The notes below the pieces were generated by a model. It made no database searches. It was not told the origin of the DNA and saw only the letters and a program-made list of their open reading frames with translations. DNA of 64,000 nucleotides from contig CM059431.1 in assembly GCA_030390025.1 (NCBI GenBank), forward strand, positions 149,856,001 through 149,920,000, given 5' to 3'. A program made the translations under genes and the position numbers. Shown one piece after another: positions 11,398 through 23,334 of the stretch. Position 1 is the first letter of the stretch. Each line of letters begins with the position of its first letter. Source of the stretch: Squalus acanthias. Taxonomy: Eukaryota.

Positions 11398-12243
11398 ATG
11401 TCCCACAGTCTTATTAAAGAGACAGGACCAGTCACACAGGCTTTCGAAAGAGACAGGACCACTCCAACAGCCTCTTTAAAGAGAAAGGACCAGTCACACA
11501 GGCTTTCTAAAGAGACAGGACCAGTTACACAGGGACAGGAAGGTGTGACTACGATTGAGGCAGGTACAGGGATCCAGGAGGTAGTGTTGGAGGAGCCGCA
11601 GCCCTTGCTCTTGTCCAACAGGTTCGAGGCTCTTACTCCCTGTGTGGATAGGAGCGGGGACTGCAGGGAGGATGAGCAACCTGGCCACAGCACCGTGGTA
11701 AGGGGGGCCATTCAAGTGGGCGGAGTAAAAATAAATGTTGTAGTGGTAGGGGATAGTATCATTAGGGGGATAGATAGGGTTCTTTGCAGCCAAGAGCGAG
11801 AGTCCCGAAGGCTGTGTTGCCTGCCCGGTGCCAGGGTTAAGGACATCTCCTCTGGGCTGGAGAGAAACTTGGAGTGGGAGGGGGAGGATCCAGTTGTCGT
11901 GGTCCATGTTGGTATCAATGACATAGATAGGACAAGGAAAGAGGTTCTGCTGAGGGAGTTTGAGCAGCTAGGGGCCAAATTAAAAAGCAGAACCTCGAGG
12001 GTAATAATCTCTGGATTACTACCTGAGCCACGAGCAAATTTGGCTGGGGTAAATAAAATCAGGGAGTTGAATGCGTGGCTCAAAGACTGGTGTGGGAAAA
12101 ATGGGTTTTGCTTCTTGGGACACTGGCACCAGTACTGGGGCAGGAGAGAGCTGTTCCGTTGGGACGGACTTCACTTGGCCAGTGCTGGGACTAGTGTCCT
12201 GGCGAATCGAATAACTAGGGCTGTGGAGAGGGCTTTAAACTAA
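11398..12243 (+). CDS. CR1 ORF1 C-terminal SGNH/esterase domain; the first ~45 codons are satellite-derived
   Basis: VVGDSIIR, CLPGARV, VHVGIND and DGLHL motifs. Lacks the N-terminal Cys-rich region seen in copies starting at 21641 and 36572. Confidence 0.8.
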   Translation: MSHSLIKETGPVTQAFERDRTTPTASLKRKDQSHRLSKETGPVTQGQEGVTTIEAGTGIQEVVLEEPQPLLLSNRFEALTPCVDRSGDCREDEQPGHSTVVRGAIQVGGVKINVVVVGDSIIRGIDRVLCSQERESRRLCCLPGARVKDISSGLERNLEWEGEDPVVVVHVGINDIDRTRKEVLLREFEQLGAKLKSRTSRVIISGLLPEPRANLAGVNKIRELNAWLKDWCGKNGFCFLGHWHQYWGRRELFRWDGLHLASAGTSVLANRITRAVERALN

Positions 12244-15200
12244 TTAGTGGGGGGTGAGGTTTCAAGAGAGCAAAAATAAAAATGACAACAGAGAGGGTCA
12301 TAGACATAGGTAGCGGTAGGGGAATCACAAATCAGAGCGTGGCAGGAAGGGACAGAGTGTGTGGAGTAAAAGGTAAAGTGGTAAAAAGTGAAAAAGCAGG
12401 AACTAAGTGCCACAAAGCATATTTGAAAGTTCTCTATCTGAATGCACGTAGCATTCGTAACAAAATAGACGAGTTAATGGCACAAATAACTACATATGGT
12501 TATGATATTGTGGCCATTACAGAAACATGGCTGCAGGGTGACAATGCCTGGGAATTAAACATACCAGGTTATTTAACGATCAGGAAGGACAGGCAGGAAG
12601 GAAGGGGAGGTGGGGTGGCTATGTTAATAAAGGAAGGAATCACTGTAATACAGAGTAATGATATTGGGTCAAAAAATCATGATAATGAAACAGTTTGGGT
12701 GGAGATAAAGAATAATAAGGGGAAAAAAATACTAGTGGGCGTAGTCTATAGGCCTCCGAACAGTTGCAACTCTGTTGGACGGAGTATCAATCAGGAAATA
12801 GTTGAGGCATGTAATAAGGGAACATCTATAATTATGGGGGATTTTAACTATCATATTAATTGGACAAATCAAATGGGGCAGGGCTGCCTTGAGGATGAGT
12901 TCATTGAGTGTATTAGGGATGGGTTTCTTGAGCAGTATGTAACTGAACCGACCAGGGGGCAAGCAACCTTAGATCTGGTCCTGTGTAACGAGACAGGATT
13001 AATTAAAAATGTCCCAGTAAAGGATCCCCTTGGAATGAGTGACCATAACATGGTTGAATTCCATATTCAATTAGAGGGTGAGAAGGTTGGATCTCAAACA
13101 AGCGTGCTAAGCTTGAATAAAGGCGACTATGAAGGTATGCGAACGGAATTGAGTAGTGTGGATTGGGAAAATAGATTAAATGGTAAGACGACACATGATC
13201 AGTGGTGTACATTCAAGGAGTTATTTTACTACTTCCAAAAAATATATATTCCACTGAAAAGAAAAGGGTGTAAAAGAAAGGACAGTCATCCGTGGCTAAG
13301 TAAAGAAATTAAGGATAGTATTCGACTAAAAACAAGGGCATATAAGGTAGCGAAATCTAGTGGGAGGACAGAGGATTGGGAAAACTTTAAAAGGCAGCAA
13401 AAAATAACAAAAAGATTGATTAAGAAAGGGAAGATAGATTATGAAAGTAAATTAGCAAAAAATATAAAAACAGATAGTAAGAGTTTTTATAGTTATATAA
13501 AAAGAAAAAGGGTGGCTAAAGTAAATGTTGGTCCCTTAGAGGATGAGACCGGGAAATTAATGGTGGGAAATATGGAGATGGCAAAAACACTGAATGAATA
13601 TTTTGTATCAGTCTTTACAGTAGAGGATACAAGGAATATCCCAACACTGGACAAACAGTGGGCTATAGGGGGAGAGGAGTTAAACACGATCAAAATCACT
13701 AAGGAAGTGGTACTCGGAAAAATAATGGGACTCAAGGCGGATAACTCACCTGGACCTGATGGCTTACATCCTAGAGTCTTGAAGGAAGTGGCGGTAGGGA
13801 TTGTAGATGCATTGGTAATAATTTTTCAAAACTCCCTGGATTCCGCTAAGGTCCCGGCAGACTGGAAAACTGCTAATGTAACACCCTTATTTAAAAAGGG
13901 CAGTAGACAGAAGGCTGGTAACTATAGACCGGTTAGCCTAACATCTGTGGTAGGTAAAATTTTGGAGTCCATTATTAAGGAAACAGTAACAGGACATTTG
14001 GATAATCATAATTTAATAGGACAAAGTCAGCATGGTTTTACGAAGGGGAAGTCATGTTTGACAAATTTGCTGGAGTTCTTTGAGGAAGTAACATATAGAG
14101 TGGATAAAGGGGAACCAGTGGACGTAGTGTATTTAGACTTCCAAAAGGCATTTGACAAGGTGCCACACAAAAGATTATTGCTTAAGGTAAAACATCACGG
14201 GATTGGGGGTAATATTCTGGCATGGATAGAGGATTGGCTATCTAACAGAAAGCAAAGAGTTGGGATAAATGGTTCATTCTCAGACTGGCAATCAGTAACT
14301 AGTGGTGTTCCACAGGGGTCAGTGCTGGGTCCCCAACTCTTTACAATCTATATTAACGATTTGGAGGAAGGGACCAAGTGTAACGTATCAAAATTTGCAG
14401 ATGATACAAAGATGGGAGGGAAAGTAGTGAGGGAGGAGGACATAAAAAACCTGCAAGGTGACATAGACAGGCTAAGTAAGTGGGCAGAGATTTGGCAGAT
14501 GGAATACAACACTGGAAAGTGTGAGGTGATGCACTTTGGCAGGAAAAATCCTAGAGCAATTTATTATCTTAATGGCAAGAAACTGGAGAGTACTGAAGTG
14601 CAAAGGGATCTGGGGGTCCTGGTGCACGAAACTCAAAAGGTTAGTATGCAGGTGCAGCAAGTGATTAAGAAGGCAAATGGAATGTTGGCTTTCATTGCTA
14701 GGGGGATAGAATATAAAAATAGGGAGGTATTGCTTCAGTTGTACAAGGTATTGGTGAGACCGCACCTGGAATACTGCATACAATTTTGGTGTCCTTACTT
14801 AAGGAAAGACATCCTTGCTCTCGAGGCAGTGCAAAAAATGTTCACTCGGTTAATCCCGGGGACGAGGGGGTGGTCATATGAGGAGAGGTTGGGTAGATTG
14901 GGACTCTACTCATTGGAGTTCAGAAGAATGAGAGGCGATCTTATTGAAACATATAAGATTGTAAAGGGGTTGGATCGGGTGGATGCGGGGAGGATGTTTC
15001 CGATGACGGGTGAGACTAGAACTAGGGGACATAGTCTTAGAATAAGGGGCTGCTCTTTCAAAACTGAGATGAGGAGGAACTACTTCACTCAGAGGGTGGT
15101 AGGTCCATGGAATATGCTGCCACAAAAAGCTGTCGAAGCTACATCATTAAATAAATTTAAAACAGAAATAGACAGTTTCCTAGAAGTAAAGGGCATTAAG

Positions 15201-15470
15201 GGGTACGGGGAGCGGGCAGGAATTTGGACATGAGTCTAGGTTCGGATCGGTCATGGCCCTGTGGGTAGTGGAGCGGGCCCAGGGACCGTGTAGCCTGATT
15301 GTGCTCCTATTTCGTGTGTGCAATTCTGTTAGATGCAGGAGATGGTTCTGTGATAGATAGTAGATTGGCGGTTAGGATCAGATCAGCCATGATCTTATTG
15401 AATGGCGGAGCAGGCTCGAGGGGCCGATTGGCCTACTCCTGCTCCTATTTCTTATGTTCTTATGTTCTTA
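11533..15470 (+). mobile_element. Young CR1 LINE, truncated within ORF1, with intact ORF2 and complete 3' tail
   Basis: No stops or frameshifts across ORF1 remainder and ORF2; (TTCTTATG)n tail; inserted in minisatellite B. Confidence 0.95.
12282..15233 (+). CDS. CR1 ORF2: AP-like endonuclease plus reverse transcriptase, 983 aa, intact
   Basis: EN motifs YLNARS, ETWL, YRPP, GDFN, SDH; RT motifs PGPDG, YLDFQKAFDKVPH, GVPQGSVLGP, FADD. Confidence 0.95.
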   Translation: MTTERVIDIGSGRGITNQSVAGRDRVCGVKGKVVKSEKAGTKCHKAYLKVLYLNARSIRNKIDELMAQITTYGYDIVAITETWLQGDNAWELNIPGYLTIRKDRQEGRGGGVAMLIKEGITVIQSNDIGSKNHDNETVWVEIKNNKGKKILVGVVYRPPNSCNSVGRSINQEIVEACNKGTSIIMGDFNYHINWTNQMGQGCLEDEFIECIRDGFLEQYVTEPTRGQATLDLVLCNETGLIKNVPVKDPLGMSDHNMVEFHIQLEGEKVGSQTSVLSLNKGDYEGMRTELSSVDWENRLNGKTTHDQWCTFKELFYYFQKIYIPLKRKGCKRKDSHPWLSKEIKDSIRLKTRAYKVAKSSGRTEDWENFKRQQKITKRLIKKGKIDYESKLAKNIKTDSKSFYSYIKRKRVAKVNVGPLEDETGKLMVGNMEMAKTLNEYFVSVFTVEDTRNIPTLDKQWAIGGEELNTIKITKEVVLGKIMGLKADNSPGPDGLHPRVLKEVAVGIVDALVIIFQNSLDSAKVPADWKTANVTPLFKKGSRQKAGNYRPVSLTSVVGKILESIIKETVTGHLDNHNLIGQSQHGFTKGKSCLTNLLEFFEEVTYRVDKGEPVDVVYLDFQKAFDKVPHKRLLLKVKHHGIGGNILAWIEDWLSNRKQRVGINGSFSDWQSVTSGVPQGSVLGPQLFTIYINDLEEGTKCNVSKFADDTKMGGKVVREEDIKNLQGDIDRLSKWAEIWQMEYNTGKCEVMHFGRKNPRAIYYLNGKKLESTEVQRDLGVLVHETQKVSMQVQQVIKKANGMLAFIARGIEYKNREVLLQLYKVLVRPHLEYCIQFWCPYLRKDILALEAVQKMFTRLIPGTRGWSYEERLGRLGLYSLEFRRMRGDLIETYKIVKGLDRVDAGRMFPMTGETRTRGHSLRIRGCSFKTEMRRNYFTQRVVGPWNMLPQKAVEATSLNKFKTEIDSFLEVKGIKGYGERAGIWT

Positions 15471-16112
15471 TAAGACCAGTCACATAGGCTTTTTAAATAG
15501 ACAGGACCAGTCACACATGCTTTCTAAAGAGACAGGAACAGTCACACATGCTTTTTAAAGAGGCAGGACCAGTCACACAGGCTTTTTCAAGGGACAGGAC
15601 CAGTCATACACGCTTTTTACAGAGACAGGACCAGTCACACAGGCTTTCTAAAGAGACAGGACCAGTTACACAGGCTTTTTGTAGAGATAAGGCCAGTCAC
15701 ACAGGCTTTTTAAAGAGACAGGACCAGTCACACAGGCTTTCTAAAGAGACAGGAACAGTCACACATGCTTTTTAAAGAGGCAGGACCAGTCACACAGGCT
15801 TTTTAAAGAGACAGGACCAGTCATACACGCTTTTTACAGAGACAGGACCAGTCACACAGGCTTTTTAAAGAGACAGGACCAGTCACACAGGCTTTTGAAA
15901 GAGACAATACCAGACCCACAGGCTTTGTAAATAGACAGGACCTGTCCCACAGGCTTTTTAAAGAGACAGGACCACTCACACAGGCTTTTTAAAGAGACAT
16001 GACCTTTCACACATGATTTTTAAAGAGGCAGGAGCTGTCACACAGGCTTTTTTAAGAGGAAGGACCAGTCACACATGGTTTTTAAAGAGAAAAAACCAGT
16101 CACACAGGCTTT

Positions 16113-17175
16113 AATAGAATCATGGAATATCTGCAGCACGGAAGAAGACCATTCGGCCCATCGAAACCACGTCGGCTGTCTGCAAGAGCACCTCATCGAG
16201 TCCCACTCCCACGCTGTTGCCCCCTGCATTGTTTTATTTTCAGGTACTTTCTTAACTCCCTTTTGAAAGCCATGATTGAGCCTGCCTCCACCACCACTTC
16301 AGGCAGTACAGTCGAGATCATAATCACTCGCTGTATCAAAAGTTTGTTTCTTCTGTCGCCTTTGGTTCTTTTGCCAATCACCTTAAATCTGTGTCCTCTG
16401 GTTCTCGACCAATCTGCCAATGGGAACAGTTTCTCTCTATCTATTCTATCCAGCACTCTCATGATTTGTAACACATCTATCAAATTTCCTCTCAATCTTC
16501 TCAGTTCTCAGGAGAACAGCTTCTCCAGTCTATCTACGTTTCTGAAGTCCCTTTTCACAGAATCACTGAATCACAGAATCCCCACAGTGCAGATATAGAC
16601 CATTTCGGCCCATCGAGCATGCACCGACACACATCCCAACCTATCCCCGGAACCCCACGTATTTAATCCCCCTAAAACTAATGTTCAATTTATCATAGCC
16701 AATTCAACCTAACCCGCACATCTTGGATTTCCATTGTCATCATTCTCGTAAATCTTTTCTGCACTCTCTGCAAGGTCTTCACATCCTTCCTGAAGTGCGG
16801 TGCCAAGAATTGGACTCAATAATCCAGTTGAGGCCAAACCATTGTTTAATAAAGAATTTTCATAATTTCCTGGCTTTTGCACTCTATACCTCTATTCATG
16901 AAGCACAGAAACTAGTAAGCTTCTTCAACTGCTTTCTTAAAAAGCCCTGCCACCTCCAAAGATTTGTGCACATATACCCCGTAGGTCTCTCTATTCATGC
17001 AAACCTTTTGGATTGTACCCTTTAGTTTATATTTCATCTCCTCATTCTTTCTAGCTAGATGTATCACTTCACATTTTTCTGCGTTAATTTCACCTGCCAC
17101 GTGTCTGCCCATTCCACCAGCCTGTCTATTTCCTCTTGAAATCTATCACTACTATACTCACTGTTCACTGTACTT
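16113..17175 (-). mobile_element. Decayed CR1 3' fragment containing a SINE fragment
   Basis: Minus ORF 16193-16495 (RGNLIDV...TRGHRFKV) and 16912-17112 (KCEVIHL). Confidence 0.85.
16556..16728 (-). mobile_element. HE1/V-SINE-like 3' fragment
   Basis: CAATTTATCATAGCCAATTCAACCTAACCCGCACATCTTGGA resembles the V-domain (reverse strand), next to a CR1-type tail. Confidence 0.55.
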
Positions 17176-17459
17176 TATAAAGACACAGGACCAGTCACAC
17201 AGATTTTTTAAAGAAACACAATCAGTCACACAGGCTTTTTAAAGAGATAGGGCCAGTCGCTCAGAATTTTTAAAGTGACAGGAACACTCACAAAGGTTTT
17301 TTCAAGAAACATGACCAGACATACAGGCTTTTTAAAGAGGCAGGATTAGTTACACAGACTTTTTAAAGAGACAGGACCAGTCACACAGGCTTTTAAGGAG
17401 ACAGGACCAGTCACACAGGATTTTTTTTTAGAAACAGAACCAGTTACACAGGCTTTTTA

Positions 17460-20400
17460 TAAGAACATAAGGATATGAGAACATGAGAAATAGGAGCAGG
17501 AGTAGGCCATACGGCCCTTCGAGCCTGCTCCGCCATTCAATGAGATCATGGCTGATCTTCTGCCTCAATTCCATTCACTGGCCCTATCGCCATATCCCTG
17601 GATGCCCTTACTAGTCAGAAATCTATCGAATTCTGTTTTGAATATACCCAATGACTAAGCCTCCACAGCCCTCTGGGGTAGAGAATTACAAAGATTCACC
17701 ACCCTCTGTGTGAAGACATTACTTCTCATCTCAGTTCTCAATGGCCAGCACTTTATCCTGAGGCTGTGCTCCCTGGTTCTAGACCCCCCAGCCAAGGGAA
17801 TCATTCTCCCAGCATCCACCCTATCAAGCCCTGTAATAATGTTGTATGCTTCAATGAGATCCCCTCTCATTCTTCATAATTAATGAGAATATAGGCCTAG
17901 TTTAGTCAATCTCTTCTCATACGACAGTCCCGCCATTCCAGGAATCAATCTCGTGAACTTTCGTTGCACTCCCTCGATGGCAAGTGTATCCTTCCACAGG
18001 TAAGGGGACCAAAATTGTATACAGTACTCCAGGTGTGGTCTCACCAAGGCCCTATATAATTGGAGTAAATCATCTTTACTACTCTACTGAAATCCACTTG
18101 TAATGAAGGCCAGCATACCATTTGCCTTCCGAATGGCTTGCTGCACCTGCACATTCAATTTCAATGATAATGTACAATGACTCCCAGGTCTCTTTGAGCA
18201 TCTGCATTCCCCAATTATTCACCATTTCGGAAATACGCTGGCATTTTTTTCTACCAAAATGGATAACTTTCCATTTATTTACATTATAATCCATCTGCCA
18301 TGTTCTCGCCCACTCACTGAGCCTGTCGAGATCCATTTGAAGCCTCTTCACATCCTCTTCGCAAATGACACTTCCACCTAGATTTGTATCATCAGCAGAT
18401 TTGGAAATTTTACATTTACTCCCCTAATCAAAATCATTGCCATAGATTGTGAATAGTAGGAGCCCAAGCACCGATCCGCAGTACCCCTCTTGTCACAGCC
18501 TGCCATCCTGAAAAAGACCAGTTTATCCGGACACTTTGTTTTCTGTCTGTTAACCAATACTCAATCCATGCTAGTATATTACCCCCAATTCCATGTGTCC
18601 TAATTTTGTTCACCAACCTCTTGTGTGGCACCTTATCAAAGGCCTTGTGAAAATCCAAATACACCACATCTACCGGTTCCCCTTTGTCTACTCCACTATT
18701 TATATCCTCAAAGAACTCCAATAGCTTTGTCAAACAGGACTTCCCTTTCATAAATCCATGTTGACTCTGCCTAATCTTACTTTTAGTTTCTAAGTGCCCA
18801 GTTACTGCATCATTTCTAGTAGATTATAGCATTTTCCCAACTACTTATGTGAGGCTTACATGTCTGTAGTTCCCCGTTTTCTCTCTCCCTCCTTTCTTAA
18901 ATAGCGAGTTTACATTTGCTATCCTCCAATCTGCAGGACCCGTTAAAGAATCTATTAAATTTTGGAAGATGACAACAAATGCGTCCACTATCCCAATGCC
19001 CGACTCTTTCAAAACCCTAGGATGTACGTAATCCAGTCCTTGAGATTTATGGACTTTTAGTCCCATTAGTTTTGCTAGTCCTGTTTTTTTACTAATAATA
19101 ATGTCTTTAAGTTCCTCATTCTCGCCACACCCTTGGTTTTCTCGTATTTCTGGGAGGTGTTTTGTGTCTTCCTCCGTGAAGACAGAAACAAAGAAGTTAT
19201 TTAATTTCACAGCCATTTCCTCATTCCCCATTATAAATCCTCCCGTCTCTGACTGTAAAGGAATTACATTTACCTTCGCCAGTCTTTTCCTTTTAACATA
19301 CCTATGGAAGGTTTTACGATCCGAATTATATTTTTCGCCAGTTTGTGCTCAACTTCCATTTTCCCTTCCTCTATCAATTTATTGTTCTTCCTCTATCAGT
19401 TTATTGGTCCCCCTTAACTGATTTCTAAAAAGATCCCAATCCTCAGGCTTTTTCTGGCAACTTTATAAGCTTCCTCCTTTGGCTTAATACTAGCTTTAAT
19501 TTCTTTTGTTAGCCATCTTTGGATCAATTTTCCTTTTAGAACATAAGAACATAAGAAATAGGAGCAGGAGTAGGCCAATCGGCCCCTCGAGCCTGCTCCG
19601 CCATTCAATAAGATCATGGCTGATCTGATCCTAACCGCCAATCTACTATCTATCACAGAACCATCTCCTGCATCTAACAGAATTGGATTTTTATGCCCTA
19701 GAGGAATATATGTTTGTTGCAAACTATGCATTATTTCCTTGAATGTTAGCCATTGTATGTCCACCTACATACCTTTTAGTGTAGTCTCCCAATCTAACAT
19801 GGCCAATGTGTCCCTCATATCCTTGTAGTTTCCTCTGTTTAGATGGAAGACCTTAGTTTCAGATTGGACGACATCAAACTCAAACTTGATATAAAATTCA
19901 ATCATATTATGTTGACTTGTCCCTAAAGGCCCTTAACCAAAAGATTATTGATTAGCCCTTTCTCATTACACAGTACCAGATCCAGAATAGCCTGTTCCCT
20001 TTTTGGTTCCTCCACATACTGATCCAGGCAACCATCTCGCATGCATTCCAAGAATTCGTCCTCCATACCATTAGTCGCAATTTGATTTGCCCAGTCAATA
20101 TGTGAATTAAAGGCCCCCATGATTACCGCATTGCCCTTGTTACATGCACTTCTAATCTCTTGAATGATACTGTGCCCTACATTACCATTACTGTTTGGTG
20201 GTTGATACACAACTCCTACCAATGCTTTCTGCCCTTTGCTGATTCTTAGCTGCGCCCAAACTGATTCCAGTTCTACATCATGATCGGCCGAGCCAAGATC
20301 TTTTATCTCTACTGTACCGATCTCATTCCTGATTAACAGCGCTACGCCACCTCCTTTTCGTTTTTGTCTGTCCTTCCTAAATGTTGAGTACCCTGTAACA

Positions 20401-22190
20401 TTCAGTTCCTAGCTTTGGTTACCCTGCAAACATGTCTCTGTAATGGCAATTGCATCATATCCATTTATTTCTATTAGCGCCATTAAGTCATCCAAATTTT
20501 TGCGAATGCTACGTGCATTTAGATAAAGTGCTTTGCCTGTTTAATATTTTTCTGCAATTTGACCTTCTTTACTGTTGGCCTTTGTTTCTGCTCGCTGCTA
20601 GTTTTGCTGACTACTTTTCTAACTTGCACTTCCAGCTTTGTTTCTCTCTGTTCTGGGCCCACACTAAGGTTCCTAGCCCCCTTACAAACTAGTTTAAATC
20701 CTTCCCAACAGCACTAGCAAAACCCCGTGCGATGATATTGGTCCCGGTTCTGCGGAGGTGTAATCAGTCCAGCTTGTACAGGTCCCACCTTCCGCAGAAT
20801 CGATCCCAATGCCTCAGGAACTTAAATCGCTCCCTCCAACTACATGTCTCCAGCCATGCATTCACCTGGTCTTTTCTCCTGTTTCTGCTCTCAATAGCAT
20901 TTGGCTCTGTGAGTAATCCTGAGATTACTACCTCTGAGGTCCTGCTTTTTAATGTATTTTCCAGCTCCCTAGATTCTGCTTGCAGGATCTCGTCCCTCTT
21001 TCTACATATGTCGTTGGTACCGATATGGACCCCGACCTCTGGCTGTTCACCCACCCCCTTCAGATTGTCCTGCAGCCGCTCAGTGACATCCTTGACCCTG
21101 GCACCAACGAGGCAACAAACGATCCTGGAGTCACATCTGCGGCCACAGAAAAGTCTACCTGTTCACCTTATGATAGATTCCCCTATCACTATTGCTCTCC
21201 CACTCTTTTTACTCCCCTCCTGTGCAGCTGAGTCACTCGTAGTGCCAAGGACATGGCACTTGCTGCATTCCCCTGAGACTCGATCTCCCCCAGCAGTGTC
21301 CAAAACGGAATATCTGCTGGAGAGGGAATTGGAGACAGGGGACTCCTGCTCTACATTCCTAGTTCTTTCACTCTGTCTGTAGGTCAACCATTCCCTTTCT
21401 GCCTGTGCACTCTTTACCTGCCGTGTGACCACCTGGTTAAATGTGGTATCCACGAAGATCTCAGCCTCGCGGATGATCCACAGCGAATCCAGCCGCAGCT
21501 CCATCTCCGAAACGCGGCTTTCGAGTAGCTGCAGCTGGAGACACTTCCTGCACACGTGTTGTCGCCTTGAACATCGAGAGTGTCCCTGACTTCCCACATA
21601 GCACAGGAGGAGCACTCAACGCTGCCGAGCTGCCCTGCCATGTCCTACCCTCAATTTACTATTTTTACTTCCTCTAAATTAAATAAAATTAAATACACTA
21701 GGGACCGTCCTTCACTTTAAACACTACTCACTCTAAACTAGAGACCTTACTTTTACTTTAACGACTGGACTGTAGAAATACTGACCAGGTCCTACTTACC
21801 AATCTTCTCCTTCACTGGCTGTGACGACAATTTAGAGGTTTCGCAGTTGTTGTTGTTTGACTGCTCCCGCTCTTAGACTCTTTCCTGGGTGTAATGTAAG
21901 TACCAAATCCCGCAGAGTGTAAAGTTAGGGAAAGCAAAGGCAAAGCAAGGGAACTCCTCCTTCCACTCCTCAACCACCTAACTCCCTCACTCAACCAACT
22001 CTCAGCACTCTGTGCAGATCGCACTGCGAAGCGTGTTTTAATAGGCCTACTTTCCCTACTGAACTGCATTCAGCTGCTCTGACTTATCCTCTGCTTTCTC
22101 CGGGGCTGCCGACTCCTTTCAGGTCCGCTGTCCTCGGCCTCCCGTGCTCTTAATCCTCTGCCTTCACTTGTACTGCCGACTCCTTTCTAA
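17460..22190 (-). mobile_element. Near full-length decayed CR1 LINE (5' UTR, ORF1 from 21641, ORF2, tail)
   Basis: ORF1 start MAGQLGSVECSSCAMWEV, esterase pieces, and EN and RT fragments in successive minus ORFs; tail at about 17460-17490. Confidence 0.9.
19538..19685 (-). mobile_element. 148-bp insertion identical to the 3' end of the young CR1 (15321-15468)
   Basis: Base-by-base reverse-complement match; interrupts the host ORF2 between ...GHKNP and KGKLIQ... Confidence 0.95.
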
Positions 22191-22584
22191 AGAGACACGA
22201 CCAGTCACACAGGCATTTTAAACAGACATGACCAGTCACGCAGGCTTTTTAAACAGACAGGATCAGTCACACAGGCTTTTAAAAGAGACATGATCAGTCA
22301 CACAAGCTTTTTAAAGAGACATGACCAGTCACGAAGGCTTTTTAAAGAGACAGGGCCAGTTACACAGGCTTTTCAAAGAGAAGAATGGTGAAACCATAAG
22401 TGACTAGAAATTCCTTCTCGGACGACGGCACAAAACAGATCGTTTCGGATCAGAAATTCTAGGCCCCCATATCTGTCCTTACATAAGATAAAACCATTAA
22501 TGTTCGTTCACAAATTCTAATCTTGTCCTGAATATGACCCCTTAGAACCTGCTTATTTTGCAGACTTAGTTTGAATATTTTAAT

Positions 22585-23010
22585 TCATGGAGTGTGGGTA
22601 TCGCTTGCAAATCCAGCCAATCCCTAATCGCCCTTCAGAAGTTGGTGCTGAAACACTGCCTTGAACCACTGCAGTCCTTGTGGTGAAAGTTCTCCCTCAT
22701 GTCTGACTTTGGTACAACTGAGTGTCTTGCTTGCCCAATTCAGAGGGCATTTAAGAGTCAACCACATACGGGTAGCTCAGTTAAGGATGGCAGATTTCTA
22801 TCCTTAAAGGACATAATCGAAAAAGTTGGATTTTTCTGACAGTGTTGTAGATTCATAATCTCCATTACTGATGCTAGATTTTTAATTGCTAATGTATTTA
22901 TTAACTGAAATTAAAATCCCCAGCTGTCCTCGTGGGATTTTGACTCAAGTCTCAACAGTTTATAAATCCAGATCTCTGGATTACTAATGCAATAACATAA
23001 CCACCATACT
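22585..23010 (-). mobile_element. tRNA-headed SINE (same family as 1762 and 8375)
   Basis: Reverse-strand match to SINE body and head. Confidence 0.7.
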
Positions 23011-23334
23011 AATCTATTCGGTGTTTACATATAATAATCCATAACACTCTTGGCTTCTAGTTGTTGGAGATGCTTTCGGGAGTCAGGAGTTGAGTTACTC
23101 GCCGCAGAATACCCAGCATCTGACCTGCTGTAGTAGCCACGGCATTTAAGTGGTTGGTCCTGTTGATTTTCTGATCAATAGCGACCCGTAGGATTTTGAT
23201 GGTGGAGGATTCGGTGTTTGTAATGCCAATAACTGTCAAGGTTAGACTATCTCTTTTTGGAGGCGGTAATCGTCTGGCGCTTGTGTGGAGATAATTTATC
23301 ATTAATGACACCAGGGGTGAGGGATTTCAGTTCA

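Larger units (their letters stand above)
11085..22380. repeat. Minisatellite B, 31-bp unit (GAGACAGGACCAGTCACACAGGCTTTTTAAA), in four blocks: about 11085-11532, 15471-16112, 17180-17459, 22190-22380
   Basis: Units are directly visible; the blocks are separated only by LINE insertions. Confidence 0.9.

Noticed and set aside
20732..21382. 216-aa plus-strand ORF
   Set aside because: It is the antisense shadow of CR1 ORF1; similar shadows occur at 11712-12083 and 39619-40242.
22400..22468. Tiny element with imperfect inverted ends (GACTAGAAATTC / GAAATTCTAGGCCC)
   Set aside because: Possibly a MITE remnant, but too short and degenerate, with no clear target duplication.
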